Of a stretch of DNA of 64,000 bases, positions 1-10,595 are shown piece by piece; position 1 is the first letter of the stretch; each line of letters starts with the position of its first letter. Made by a program: the position numbers and the translations under genes. A model generated the notes under the pieces. The model made no database searches and was not told the origin of the DNA. It saw only the letters and a list, made by a program, of their open reading frames with translations. The DNA is from Candidatus Poribacteria bacterium. Lineage in GTDB: Bacteria > Poribacteria > WGA-4E > WGA-3G. The stretch is taken from NCBI GenBank assembly GCA_965242965.1, contig OZ251518.1:2976001-3040000 (forward strand), written 5' to 3'.

Positions 1-2
1 AA

Positions 3-563
3 GGCGGCTCGGAACCGCCCAATCTCTTAAGATGTCGTGTGCTGGAATCGCCCGGTCCGCAGGATGCACAGCCTCTCTTTGATATAAGCCGCGAGTTCAG
101 CAACCTGACCGGGGTACCCTATCGCGTAGAATCCTACGGCGCAATTTACCCGAACGGAGACAAAACTGAAACGGCATGGCGCGAATTCGCTTTACAACGC
201 TGCAACGGCACATCCGCCGCACTGCCGCCAAAGGCGTTGGCAGAAGCCTCCCAGAAAGCCGTCGCAACGCTCATCCATCGCCGAAGTGAAACGCCGCCGC
301 TACTCCAGACGATTTTGAAGGACTACGCGCATCTCGCCTATGATGAACGCCACTCGCAGGCACCGAACTTTCTGAAGTGTCGTGTCACGGAGCCGGAACA
401 CCCTCGGCATGAAAGCGAGTTGTTTGAGATAGCCGATGCCTTAAGTGCCGAGACCGGGAAGGCGTATCGCGTTGCCTCTTACGGCGGCAGGTATTACGAA
501 AATAAGGGGTTTGATGAGGCGTGGACGCACTTCGCGTTGCGGGTCGTCAATTTTGGCACGTGA
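3..563 (+). CDS. Hypothetical protein, 5'-partial, with an internally repeated ~85-aa module
   Basis: Frame is open from the window start (GGSEPPNLLRCRVLES...). Two similar modules: PNLLRCRV..LFDIS..TGVPYRVESYG..ETAWREFAL and PNFLKCRV..LFEIA..TGKAYRVASYG..DEAWTHFAL. Confidence 0.7.
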   Translation, partial: GGSEPPNLLRCRVLESPGPQDAQPLFDISREFSNLTGVPYRVESYGAIYPNGDKTETAWREFALQRCNGTSAALPPKALAEASQKAVATLIHRRSETPPLLQTILKDYAHLAYDERHSQAPNFLKCRVTEPEHPRHESELFEIADALSAETGKAYRVASYGGRYYENKGFDEAWTHFALRVVNFGT

Positions 564-656
564 GGATATTGCTGTCCAAAACGCGACTTGTATTTTAACC
601 GGATTTGTGATACAGTAAAAACGTTCCTGAATCCGTATCTGGAGCCGTTCCTCCTT

Positions 657-1200
657 ATCGTAGCGCGAGGGCCTGTCCCTCGCGATCCTCCGATCAACGA
701 ACACCTCTGTAGTTCGGGAGCACCTGCTCCCGAACGGGTCAGGATCAGGCGATCCTGACCTACAGGGGTGACGAGGGCTGCGAGCCAAACAAACACGGCG
801 AGGGACAGGCCCCCGCCCTACGATGTTTGGAGTTGCGCCTCATGAACCGTAGCGCGAGGGCCTGTCCCTCGCGCTCTCCCGATCAAACGAACACCTCTGT
901 AGTTCGGGAGCACCCGCTCCCGAACGGGTCAGGAGCAGGTGCTCCTGACCTACAGGAGTGAGGCGGTCTGCCAACAAACGCACACGGCGGGGGACAGGCC
1001 CCCGCCCTACGATGTTTGGAGTTGCGCCTCATTAACCGTAGTGCGAGGGCCTGTCCCTCGCGATCGTCCGATTAAGCGAACACCTCTGTAGTTCGGGAGC
1101 GCCCGCTCCCGAACGGGTCAGGATCAGGCGATCCTGACCTACAGGGTTGATGAGGTCTGCCAGCAAAGCACACGGCGAGGGACAGGCCCTCGCCCCACAG
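657..1200. repeat. Tandem array of three ~189-bp composite REP-like units (BIME/REPIN-like)
   Basis: GTAG(C/T)GCGAGGGCCTGTCCCTCGCG begins at 660, 849 and 1038. Each unit nests the inverted doublet GTAGTTCGGGAGC..CTCCCGAAC-GGGTCAGGA..TCCTGACCTAC and closes with an inverted copy of the first hairpin. Confidence 0.9.
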
Positions 1201-1226
1201 AAACCATGGCGAAAAGGAGAATGTGC

Positions 1227-2240
1227 ATGGAAACCACCTACAAAGCAGGTATCATCGGATGCGGCGGACGCGGACGCTCACACGCTCGCGGATATGAGGC
1301 ATCCCCAGAGGTTGACATCGTCGCATGTTCTGACCCGGTTGAAGCCGCACGCAACGCCTTCGCCGAGCAGTTTAACGTGCCAAATACTTACGAAAACTAT
1401 CAGGAAATGCTAGCCAACGAATCGCTCGATTTCGTCAGCGTCTGCACATGGATTGCCCTTCATAAAGACATGGTTATCGCCGCAGCCAACAGCGGCATCA
1501 AGGCAATCCACTGCGAGAAACCGATGGCACCCACCTGGGGCGATGCAAAAGCACTCTATCAGGCGTGCGTTGATAACGATGTCGTCATCACGTTCTGCCA
1601 TCAACGCCGGTTCGGTGCGCAGTTTATCAAAGCGAAACGCCTCGCAAATGAAGGCGCGATCGGCGAATTGCGGCGGCTCGAAGCAGCCTGCCCGAATTTG
1701 CTTGACTGGGGAACGCATTGGTTCGATATGTTCTTTTTTTACAATAATGACGAACCTATTGACTGGGTTATCGGTCAAATAGATGTAGCCGAAGAAAAAA
1801 CCGTTTTCGGGACGCAGGTAGAGACGAGCGGCATCTCGTGGCTCCGCTGGAAAAACGGCGTAGAGGGGTTGCTGGCTACTGGCGGCACCGGCTTATCAGG
1901 CTTCGCGAATCGGCTCATCGGCACGAAGGGTATCATTGATGTCGGCGGCGGTGGCACGCCTATCCGCATACTCCGCGAAGGTGCCGGGTGGGAACAGCCC
2001 GATATCAGCGGGTTAACCCCCGAACGCGATGCGACGACGCTCTCTGTCCTCGATCTTGTCCACTGTATCAAGACTGGACGTGAGCCGGAGTTAAGCGGCC
2101 GCAAAGCACTGCAAGCGACAGAGCTTATTTTCGCGACTTATGAGTCAAGCCGCCGCCGCGCGAAGATTCATCTGCCGCTGACTACGAACGATTCGGCGTT
2201 ATTGACGATGGTGGCGAATGGGGAGATTGGCGGTGCGTAA
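1227..2240 (+). CDS. Gfo/Idh/MocA family oxidoreductase
   Basis: GIIGCGGRG Rossmann motif, CEKP motif, DWGTHWFD. AAAAGGAG RBS before ATG 1227. Confidence 0.9.
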   Translation: METTYKAGIIGCGGRGRSHARGYEASPEVDIVACSDPVEAARNAFAEQFNVPNTYENYQEMLANESLDFVSVCTWIALHKDMVIAAANSGIKAIHCEKPMAPTWGDAKALYQACVDNDVVITFCHQRRFGAQFIKAKRLANEGAIGELRRLEAACPNLLDWGTHWFDMFFFYNNDEPIDWVIGQIDVAEEKTVFGTQVETSGISWLRWKNGVEGLLATGGTGLSGFANRLIGTKGIIDVGGGGTPIRILREGAGWEQPDISGLTPERDATTLSVLDLVHCIKTGREPELSGRKALQATELIFATYESSRRRAKIHLPLTTNDSALLTMVANGEIGGA

Positions 2241-2242
2241 AA

Positions 2243-2775
2243 TCGTAGCGCGAGGGCCTGTCCCTCGCGAGGTTTTGATGGACCGAGGCGTGGCGGGGGA
2301 CAGGCCCCCGCCCTACGGTGTTTGGAGGCGTTCCGTTTTACCGTAGCGCGAGGGCCTGTCCCTCGCGATCTCCCGATTAAACGAACACCTCTGTAGTTCG
2401 GGAGCACCTGCTCCCGAACAGGTCAGGATCAGGCGATCCTGACCTACAGAGGTGATGAGGGTCGACAGTATCCAAACGCATGGCGGGGGACAGCCCCCCG
2501 CCCTACGGTGTTTGGAGGGGATCCTCGCGATCTCTCGACCGAGGCGAAAACGAAACACGCGCTATGGATACTTTTTTTCAACCTTTTTAACAGTTCTGCG
2601 TCTAATAATTTAAACTGCGAATTCAGGGGGCGAAATTCGTCCCATCTTTCAAACCCGTTCTCATAACCGTAGCGCGGGGGCCCTCGGATGCCATCCGCGC
2701 ATCCGAGCGGGTTTCCCCCGCGAGCACCAAGAGACCTATTGTCATAACCGTAGCGCGAGGGCCTGTCCCTCGCAG
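2243..2775. repeat. REP-like mosaic cluster
   Basis: Same GTAG hairpin families as 657-1200, plus the extended variant GTAGCGCGGGGGCCCTCGGATGCC..GCATCCGAGCGGGTTTCCCCCGCG near 2669. Confidence 0.85.
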
Positions 2776-2821
2776 TGCCAGGGGATAACTCGGTTCCCCA
2801 TGTTTTAACGAACAAAATGCC

Positions 2822-5800
2822 ATGGAGAAACCAGTGCCAAAAAACAACACTAATACATCCGTGAAAAACTACCACGTGTTATTAACAGCCCTAATTCAGG
2901 GTGTCATCTGTCTAACCCTCTTTATCATGCTTGCTGTTCCTGTAGAAGCACATGAGGGAAAAACTCAACCGCATGACGCTTTTGGAGAAGCCTGGGATGT
3001 TCGGTCCTCCATCAGTGTTGATGCACACCAATTTTCGCCCAACAACGACGGTGTCCAAGATACCATCAACGTTTCCTATAGCATCTCCGAAAATGTCCAA
3101 ACAACGGAGCTCGTGTTCCTCCAAAACGGAGCCGAGTTTCAAGTTCCCAATTCTAACCTCCGAACTAGCAGCGGGAGTTATATCTACCGTTGGGATGGGG
3201 AAGATGGCAGCGGGCGAGAATTACCCGACGGTTCCTATACGTTGCAACTTCGTTTCACCATTGTCCACACGCCTGTGGAGATACGGGGGAATAATGTTCG
3301 CCATCCCTTAGGGCCAGAACATTCAGACAAGTATCTGGTGGGAGCAACTGCTCCAATCATCATCGATCGCGAGCCCCCCATCATTGCGCGCGTGCAAGCA
3401 AACGGAAACGTCACTCTCGTCGATGGCGGCTATATCGCCGGATCCCTTACCGCCATCACCGTGACAGCGGACAAAGGCTCTGGGACAGATATTGATTTCA
3501 CTGCGCATGAGACAGCCATCAGTCTCACCGCCGAAGATGGCACAGTGTTGAGCGGCGCGACGACACTTCAAGGGACAACCCTCACCTTGACCTTGGGAAA
3601 TCCGCTTGACACGCGCGGCGAAAACGGCACCTATACTCTGGCCTATACCATCGTTGATAAAGCCGGCAACGCCGCCGAAGGCACAACCACGTTTACCTAC
3701 GATACCGTCGCTCCCACGTTAGTCAGCGTAGCCACCAGCAACGGGGACATTCCGCCGAGCCGAGGCGTAAAAGGGGAGGTGACATTCGTTGAGGCAACGT
3801 TCGAGGATAACCTTGAGGACGGCTTCAGCCGCGGTTCTTCAACTATCCGTTTAAACGCGCCCGATGAGCTGCCGGTTTTGGGACGGCAGCTTTCTCCCGA
3901 AGAAGACAAAATCCGCTTGGAGTTCCTCACGGCGTTAGTTTCACCAGATGGCGAACGAGATGGCACCTACACGATAGTTATCGATGCTGTCGATAGGGCA
4001 GGGAACCGGACGGAGACGCAGGTTCCCTTCATTTATGATAATCGTGCGCCGCAGCTCGTCACCTTAAGCGCAAGTGAAGACGGAGAGGCGTTTAGCGGCA
4101 TCCAGAAGAGGCTTTACCACTCGGCACCCCTATACCAAATCGTTGCAACGTTTGACGATGGCGATACTGGCACTGGGGTAGATGTGGAAAAGGGGGCAGC
4201 AACTATCACTTTTCATCCGGTCGGCGGAACCCCTCCTTCCAAACCCAATATAATTCGAGACCGGGATAACAACCGCGTCGCGCTCTTGTTAGACACGCCG
4301 CTTGTCAGCAGAGATGGCAGCCAAGATGGGATATACACGCTGGAGGTCACGGTTGCAGATAGACTCGGTAACACAGAGACTGAAGATTTCCAACTGATTT
4401 ACGATACACAGATTCCGACGCTTGTCTCCACGGTGCCTGCGGCAAACGAGACGGTGTCGTCTCTCACGCAGGTGCAGGTGAATCTCAAGGAAAGCACGAG
4501 TGGGATTGACTTCGTCCAGAGCACTTTCCGGCTCATTCACAATGATGCCGAGGTGCCGGTAAACATCACGAGCAACGGCACGGAGACAGCGACGCTGACA
4601 GTCCTCGCTCCCTTCGCCGTAGATGGTTCAGATGATGGGCTTTACGTCATAGAGGTTACGCCGGTCGATCGTGCTGGAAACCAAGGCGCGGCGGCGCGCC
4701 GAGAGTTCTTTCTGGTGAGTCAAAGGGCACCCAAAATCCGCTTGCTCCGTCCGGAAACGTCAACGGTAAACAGTCTAACCTCGGATGCCGAGGGACTCGT
4801 CGCCGTAGAGCTCGTTGACTACATCGGTGTCGGCATAGACTTCGATGCCTCGACGCTCGTCGTTAAATCCCCCGATGGTGCCTCTATTCCGAGGAACATC
4901 GCTCCCGCACCGGCTGATGAAGAAAACCGCCGTCTGACCTGGCGCACAGAAACCGTTCTTCCTGACGATGGCTCAGCGGATGGAGAATACACCATCACCG
5001 CCACGTTTGTGGATTTTAACGGGCAGCGGTGGACAGAGGATTTCACGTTCAACGTGGATACCCAGTTTCCGCGCATTACCACCGTGCAAGCGTTGACAGA
5101 AACGCCGATGGACATGGGGGCAGAACGCATTCCTGTCATCACAGAGGCGTTCTCCCGCATCGCGGTAGGGTTTGAAGAAGACGATATTGACATCGGAAAC
5201 ACGGCTGTGGTGCTCACGGGCCCAGGCGAAACGGACATCGCTATCAACCTCAATGTTAACGTAGCGCGAGGCACGGGCACTCGCAGTAGCACGGTAAACC
5301 TTAACTTTTCAAAGTTGCTTGCATCGGGAGATTACACCCTCTCCATTACGCCGCAAGACTATGTCGGGAACGTCAGTGCGCGTCCGTTTATCTACCGGTT
5401 CCGTTTAGATGTTGACACGGAGTTGCCTGCGATTACGAGCGTTGTTGCGTTGACAACGCCGCCTACGGGGATAGGGGCAGAACGCATTCCTGTCATAGAG
5501 AAGGGGTTCTCGCGCATCACGGTGACGTTTGAGGAAACCGCAGGGGATGCCCCGACACCGCTTGACATTGACATCGGCAATACCGCTGTATCTTTGACAG
5601 GGCCAGATGACGCGGACATCGCGATTAATGTGACGCATGATGGCAACAACAGTTTGACGCTCAATTTTTCACGGTTAACAGCGTCGGGGAACTACAGTCT
5701 TTCGGTTACACCGCAAGACTACGCTGGCAATGTCAGTCCGCGCCCGTTTGTCTACCCATTTCGGCTCGATCTCGCGCTGCCGAAAGTGAGTGCTGTTGAA

Positions 5801-8800
5801 ATCGGTGGCAAAATCGGGACTGTCGTTTATGTCAACGGTGAAGCGACGCGTATCGTCGCTACCTTGGCAGACCCGACGGGGACAGGTTTGGCGTTTGGTA
5901 ACGAAGGTTCAAGAATCAGTATCACCAATGCCGATGGCACGGAGATACCGGGCGTTACAACCGTTCAGGGAACAAACCAGCTCGTCTGGCAGGCAATTGG
6001 ACAGCCGACAGATGGCACCGCCGATGGACGCTACACCGTCACTGTCACCCCGATAGATAAAGCCGGGCGGCAAGGCGAAGTGGCGCGGCGGCAGTTTATT
6101 TATGATACGCAACCGCCACAGATAACAGAGGCATCGCCGCTGGTATTGACGCAACCTGTTACCTTTGTCCGTGCAGGCTTTGCAAGCGATACCCAACTCC
6201 AATTCACTGTGGCAGATGTTGGACCCGCGGGCGTGAAGATGGCGGAACAAACCGCGCAACTCCTCGGTGCCGATGGAACGGTGCTCAGCACGGTTGTGAC
6301 TCGGAATCAGACGGATCTGATGTTCTTAACGCTCACGGAACCCTTGGCGAGAGATGGCAGCGCGGACGGTAGTTATGTTGTCAGCGTGTCGTTGGTGGAT
6401 AGAGCGGGCAACGAGACAAAAGCGGATTACGCCGTGGCTTATGATACATTGGTGCCGCAAGTCACCGGTGTGACGTTAAACACAACGGAACCGACACCGC
6501 TCGTCGCCACGCAGCCGACGGTGATAACGGAGCTCGGTTTCAGTGCGCTTGACATTGCGTTTGAAGAAACAACCACCCGCGTGGATTTTGCCAACACGAC
6601 GATAACGTTGACGGGCCCGGACGATGCAGCCATTCCGTTGACACTGATTCCGCAAGGGAAGGCGCAGGTGACAGCGGCGTTCGTTGCGCCGCAGGCACTC
6701 GGCGTGTATACGCTCAGCATTACCCCGCAGGACATTGCCGGGAATGTGGCGCGCGGCGCGGTGACTTACCGGTTCCGCCTTGATGTCAACGTGCCGAGTG
6801 TGAGTTCGGTTGTGATTGATGGTAAAGTCGGCGGCACCGTGTATGTCAACGGCGCAGCCACGGGCATCGTCGCCACGCTAGCTGACCTGAGTGGTGCAGG
6901 CATCGCCCTCGGTGAAGGCGGTTCTACCATCACCGTTGCAAATGCCACTGGCATACCTGTCCCCGGCACGACAACCGATGATGGTGTTGACACCTTGACA
7001 TGGGTGCCCGGCGTATTGCCCTTGGATGGCACGGCGGATGGCCGTTATACGGTGACGATAACGCCGCGCGATAAAGCGGGACGGCAAGGCAATGCAGTCT
7101 ACCGCCAGTTTGTTTTTGATACCCAACCGCCGCGGGTGAACGAAGCGACACCCATAAACTTGAATCAACCGCGCACCTACCTCAATGCCAGTTTCGCGCA
7201 AAATCCGCAGGTGCAGTTCACCGTTGCAGATGTCGGTCCGGCGGCGTTAGACTTAGCGGCGCAGCGGGTTCACTTCCGCACGGCTGATGGAAACGAGGTG
7301 CCCGCGGCGATGAAGTATAACGAAACAGGCAATGAGACAGGCAATGAGACAGGCCAGGTGTTCCTCACGTTGACGGAACCGTTGCCGATAGATGGCAGTG
7401 CCGATGGCGATTATACCGTCATGCTCACACTAGTGGACAGAGCGGGCAACGAGACAAAAGCCGATTACGTTGTCGTTTACGACACCCAGGTCCCACAAGT
7501 CACCGATGTGACGTTAAACACGGCGGAGCCGACACCGCTCGTCGCCACACAGCCGACGGTGATAACGGAGCTCGGTTTCAGTCAACTTGACATTGCGTTT
7601 GAAGAAGCAACCACCCGCGTGGACTTTGCCAATACGACGGTGACATTGACATCCCCGGACGACGAGACGCTCTCTCTGACGCTCGTGCCTGAGGGTGAAG
7701 CGGCGTTAAGCGCGCAGTTCGTTGCGCCACAGGCACTGGGTATCTATACCTTGAGCATTACGCCACAGGATATCGCCGGCAATACTGCACGCGGCGCGGT
7801 GACTTATCGCTTCCGCTTGGATGTTGACTTGCCGAGAGTGAGTTCGGTTATGATTGATGGCAAAGCCGGTGGCATCGTGTATGTCAACGGCGAGGCGGCG
7901 AGCATCGTCGCCACGTTGGCAGACCCGAGTGGTGCAGGCGTTGCCCTCGGTGAAGGCGGTTCTACCATCACCGTTGCAAACGCCACTGGCACGCCTGTCC
8001 CCGGCACGACAACCGATGATGGTGTTGACACCTTGACATGGGCTCCGGGGGCATTGCCGCTGGATGGCACCGCTGACGGCCGTTATACGGTGACGATAAC
8101 GCCGCGCGATAAAGCGGGCCGGCAAGGCAATGCAGTCTATCGCCAGTTTGTTTTTGATACCCAACCGCCGGAGATAACGGCTGCATCCCCGATAGACTTG
8201 AGTCAACCTGTCACCTATCTGTCCGAATTTTCCCAGATAAGTGTCACCGTTGCAGATGTTGGGCCCGCCGAATTCTGGGTAGAAGAGCAGGTAATGACGC
8301 TCCTTGATACCGCGGGGAATGCGGTGGCAGCGAACCTGACGCATAACGAAGAAGACCGGATTTTCCTCACGTTGCCGCAACCGCTCGCGAAAGATGGCAG
8401 CGAAGATGGGGAATATACGGTGCAGGTAACCCTCGTTGACAAATCGGGGAATAAGTATGCGGCAGAACACAGCATCGTCTATGACACGCAGGCACCGCAA
8501 CTCGTCAGCACTGTGCCAGCCGATGGCGACATTCTCACCGATGACGTATCACAAGTGCAGGCGACTTTGGAAGACGCAGGCGGCAGTGGGATAGACTTCG
8601 CTGCAACGACGTTCACGTTGGTTGCACCCGATGGGACATCTATCACGGGTGCCCTCAGCAACGATGGCGAATCGGAGTTAACGCTGGATCTTAATCCGTT
8701 GGTGGAAGATGGACGTTATCGCATCCGTGTTGAAGCGCGAGATAGAGCCGGCAACGGCGATGAATTGCGGTTTGAGCGCAGTTTCCTACTCTCGCGCACG

Positions 8801-10534
8801 TTACCGAGCGTCGTCTCCACAGAACCAGTCACCGCACCGGCGGAAGATGCCTTCACTAACGAGAGAATTTCACAGATAGAAGTGACATTGGAATCGGCCG
8901 ATGCCACGACAGAGGCAAAACATCTCTCCACACTTCGGTTGCTCGGCCCTGGCGCGAGCGTCATTCCTGGGCAGCAACAGCGAGAGGCTTCCCGGCTTAC
9001 CTATACGCTAGCACGCCCGCTCGCACAAGATGGCTCGGAAGATGGCATCTATACCATTGAGTTTACGCCGATTAGTCCCTCCGGACGAAGTGGTGATGTC
9101 CAACGCTTGACGTTCACCTACGACACGGAAGCACCGGAATTGGAGAGTGAGGACATTCAACTCGTCGTCGCCGAATCGGGAGTTAACAACTCCCTCACGG
9201 AGATTCGGGTGAAACTCACCGATAACCAATCCGGCATCGATTGGGAGAACTTGGACGATGACTGGCTCTCGCTTGAACGCATCTCACCGAACGCCTTGAA
9301 CAGTGAGAAGACGATTTCGGGTAAGGTGGAGGATGCCTCGCAGGATACACTCCGCTTCCGGTTGGCATCGCCGCTCGCAGACGACGGTTCAAACGATGGG
9401 CAGTATCGCATCACCGTCGCACCGAAGGACCGGGCGGGGAACGGCAGTGAACCTTATGAAAAGGTGTTTACCTACGATACCGCACCGCCGGTTATTGATG
9501 ACAGCACGTTGCTCATCAACGACGCGCCGCTGCTGGTAGATGCAAACGCGCTGGACTACCCGACAGCGATTTCAACGACAGGCGGTGTCGTCATCCAAGC
9601 AAATATGTTTGACAACGGCTTGGGTGTCAACCTCGCGCAATCGCGCATCGTTGTAAGGGCCCCTGACGGCGCGCAACTCACCGGCACGACGCAGCAAAAC
9701 GGAGTGGATACGCTAGTGTTCAAATCGGCAGGTTTGAACACGCGCGGGCTTTATCAGGTAACGGTGACGAGCGTTGGCAACGACTCCGAATTCCTCGGCT
9801 TCGCGCCACAGGATTCGATCACGACGGAATTCCTCTATGAAACGACAGTGCCAACTGCCACTATCACAAGCGATGGAGGCGAGAAGGAGTTGACAGACGA
9901 GGCGTTGCCGCTGGAAGGCACGGCGACAGACCCGAGCGGCACGCAACGCATCGGAGACCGGGAGCAACCAGTCCCAGCATCCGGTGTCTGGCTTGTCGAA
10001 GTTGTCGGCACGGGACCTGATGGACAACCCATTGAACCGGTGCCAGCGGTAGACGATAGCAACGCCGAAGAAGAACCGTGGAGCCGCTGGTCCTTAGATT
10101 TCCTCCCCTCGCGTTCTGGCGAGTATGACTTGGATGTCCGTGTCACTGACAACGCCGGCAACTACGATGTTTACGACATCGGCAAGTATACGATGTCTGT
10201 CTCGCTGACGTTCCGCGGTTCAACGTTCGGATGGCCGAACCCGCTGCGCATCTCCAAAGGCGATGTAGCGTTCTTCTCGTTTGACGTGAACGTGCCGATG
10301 GGCGACACGGTGGAATTGACGCTGAGCATCTACGACTGGAGTGGCGATATGGTGCTTTCGCGCACCTATCCGGATGTCGTATCGGGGGTTCGGAATGACC
10401 AGCTCCTAAAATGGGATCTGAGAAATCAGGCGGGCAATCAGGTTGCGCGCGGCATCTACGTTTTCCGTTTAGAGGCAGTCAATGCTACTGGCAACCGTGC
10501 GAATGTTGTTGGGAAAGTGCTTGTTGTTGATTAG
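2822..10534 (+). CDS. Giant secreted Ig-like-repeat surface protein/adhesin with N-terminal FlgD-Ig-like domain and C-terminal T9SS-type-A/FlgD-like domain
   Basis: Signal peptide ending VPVEA. FSPNNDGVQD..WDGEDGSGRELPDGSY (FlgD-Ig-like). Many DGxADGxYxxxxxxxDxAGN..YDTxxP repeats. C-terminus WPNP..LSIYDWSGDMV..KWDLRNQAGNQVARGIYVFRL..GKVLVVD. Confidence 0.85.
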   Translation: MEKPVPKNNTNTSVKNYHVLLTALIQGVICLTLFIMLAVPVEAHEGKTQPHDAFGEAWDVRSSISVDAHQFSPNNDGVQDTINVSYSISENVQTTELVFLQNGAEFQVPNSNLRTSSGSYIYRWDGEDGSGRELPDGSYTLQLRFTIVHTPVEIRGNNVRHPLGPEHSDKYLVGATAPIIIDREPPIIARVQANGNVTLVDGGYIAGSLTAITVTADKGSGTDIDFTAHETAISLTAEDGTVLSGATTLQGTTLTLTLGNPLDTRGENGTYTLAYTIVDKAGNAAEGTTTFTYDTVAPTLVSVATSNGDIPPSRGVKGEVTFVEATFEDNLEDGFSRGSSTIRLNAPDELPVLGRQLSPEEDKIRLEFLTALVSPDGERDGTYTIVIDAVDRAGNRTETQVPFIYDNRAPQLVTLSASEDGEAFSGIQKRLYHSAPLYQIVATFDDGDTGTGVDVEKGAATITFHPVGGTPPSKPNIIRDRDNNRVALLLDTPLVSRDGSQDGIYTLEVTVADRLGNTETEDFQLIYDTQIPTLVSTVPAANETVSSLTQVQVNLKESTSGIDFVQSTFRLIHNDAEVPVNITSNGTETATLTVLAPFAVDGSDDGLYVIEVTPVDRAGNQGAAARREFFLVSQRAPKIRLLRPETSTVNSLTSDAEGLVAVELVDYIGVGIDFDASTLVVKSPDGASIPRNIAPAPADEENRRLTWRTETVLPDDGSADGEYTITATFVDFNGQRWTEDFTFNVDTQFPRITTVQALTETPMDMGAERIPVITEAFSRIAVGFEEDDIDIGNTAVVLTGPGETDIAINLNVNVARGTGTRSSTVNLNFSKLLASGDYTLSITPQDYVGNVSARPFIYRFRLDVDTELPAITSVVALTTPPTGIGAERIPVIEKGFSRITVTFEETAGDAPTPLDIDIGNTAVSLTGPDDADIAINVTHDGNNSLTLNFSRLTASGNYSLSVTPQDYAGNVSPRPFVYPFRLDLALPKVSAVEIGGKIGTVVYVNGEATRIVATLADPTGTGLAFGNEGSRISITNADGTEIPGVTTVQGTNQLVWQAIGQPTDGTADGRYTVTVTPIDKAGRQGEVARRQFIYDTQPPQITEASPLVLTQPVTFVRAGFASDTQLQFTVADVGPAGVKMAEQTAQLLGADGTVLSTVVTRNQTDLMFLTLTEPLARDGSADGSYVVSVSLVDRAGNETKADYAVAYDTLVPQVTGVTLNTTEPTPLVATQPTVITELGFSALDIAFEETTTRVDFANTTITLTGPDDAAIPLTLIPQGKAQVTAAFVAPQALGVYTLSITPQDIAGNVARGAVTYRFRLDVNVPSVSSVVIDGKVGGTVYVNGAATGIVATLADLSGAGIALGEGGSTITVANATGIPVPGTTTDDGVDTLTWVPGVLPLDGTADGRYTVTITPRDKAGRQGNAVYRQFVFDTQPPRVNEATPINLNQPRTYLNASFAQNPQVQFTVADVGPAALDLAAQRVHFRTADGNEVPAAMKYNETGNETGNETGQVFLTLTEPLPIDGSADGDYTVMLTLVDRAGNETKADYVVVYDTQVPQVTDVTLNTAEPTPLVATQPTVITELGFSQLDIAFEEATTRVDFANTTVTLTSPDDETLSLTLVPEGEAALSAQFVAPQALGIYTLSITPQDIAGNTARGAVTYRFRLDVDLPRVSSVMIDGKAGGIVYVNGEAASIVATLADPSGAGVALGEGGSTITVANATGTPVPGTTTDDGVDTLTWAPGALPLDGTADGRYTVTITPRDKAGRQGNAVYRQFVFDTQPPEITAASPIDLSQPVTYLSEFSQISVTVADVGPAEFWVEEQVMTLLDTAGNAVAANLTHNEEDRIFLTLPQPLAKDGSEDGEYTVQVTLVDKSGNKYAAEHSIVYDTQAPQLVSTVPADGDILTDDVSQVQATLEDAGGSGIDFAATTFTLVAPDGTSITGALSNDGESELTLDLNPLVEDGRYRIRVEARDRAGNGDELRFERSFLLSRTLPSVVSTEPVTAPAEDAFTNERISQIEVTLESADATTEAKHLSTLRLLGPGASVIPGQQQREASRLTYTLARPLAQDGSEDGIYTIEFTPISPSGRSGDVQRLTFTYDTEAPELESEDIQLVVAESGVNNSLTEIRVKLTDNQSGIDWENLDDDWLSLERISPNALNSEKTISGKVEDASQDTLRFRLASPLADDGSNDGQYRITVAPKDRAGNGSEPYEKVFTYDTAPPVIDDSTLLINDAPLLVDANALDYPTAISTTGGVVIQANMFDNGLGVNLAQSRIVVRAPDGAQLTGTTQQNGVDTLVFKSAGLNTRGLYQVTVTSVGNDSEFLGFAPQDSITTEFLYETTVPTATITSDGGEKELTDEALPLEGTATDPSGTQRIGDREQPVPASGVWLVEVVGTGPDGQPIEPVPAVDDSNAEEEPWSRWSLDFLPSRSGEYDLDVRVTDNAGNYDVYDIGKYTMSVSLTFRGSTFGWPNPLRISKGDVAFFSFDVNVPMGDTVELTLSIYDWSGDMVLSRTYPDVVSGVRNDQLLKWDLRNQAGNQVARGIYVFRLEAVNATGNRANVVGKVLVVD

Positions 10535-10595
10535 AAATTAACGCATCACGAACCCGGTAGGTGTTGTCAAGCGAAAATAGCATACGAGGTAACTC

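Noticed and set aside
441-1200. Short ORFs with ARDRPSRY / RGTGPRAT / GPVPR peptides here and at other repeat clusters
   Set aside because: These are translations of GC-rich REP hairpins with no RBS or domain evidence.
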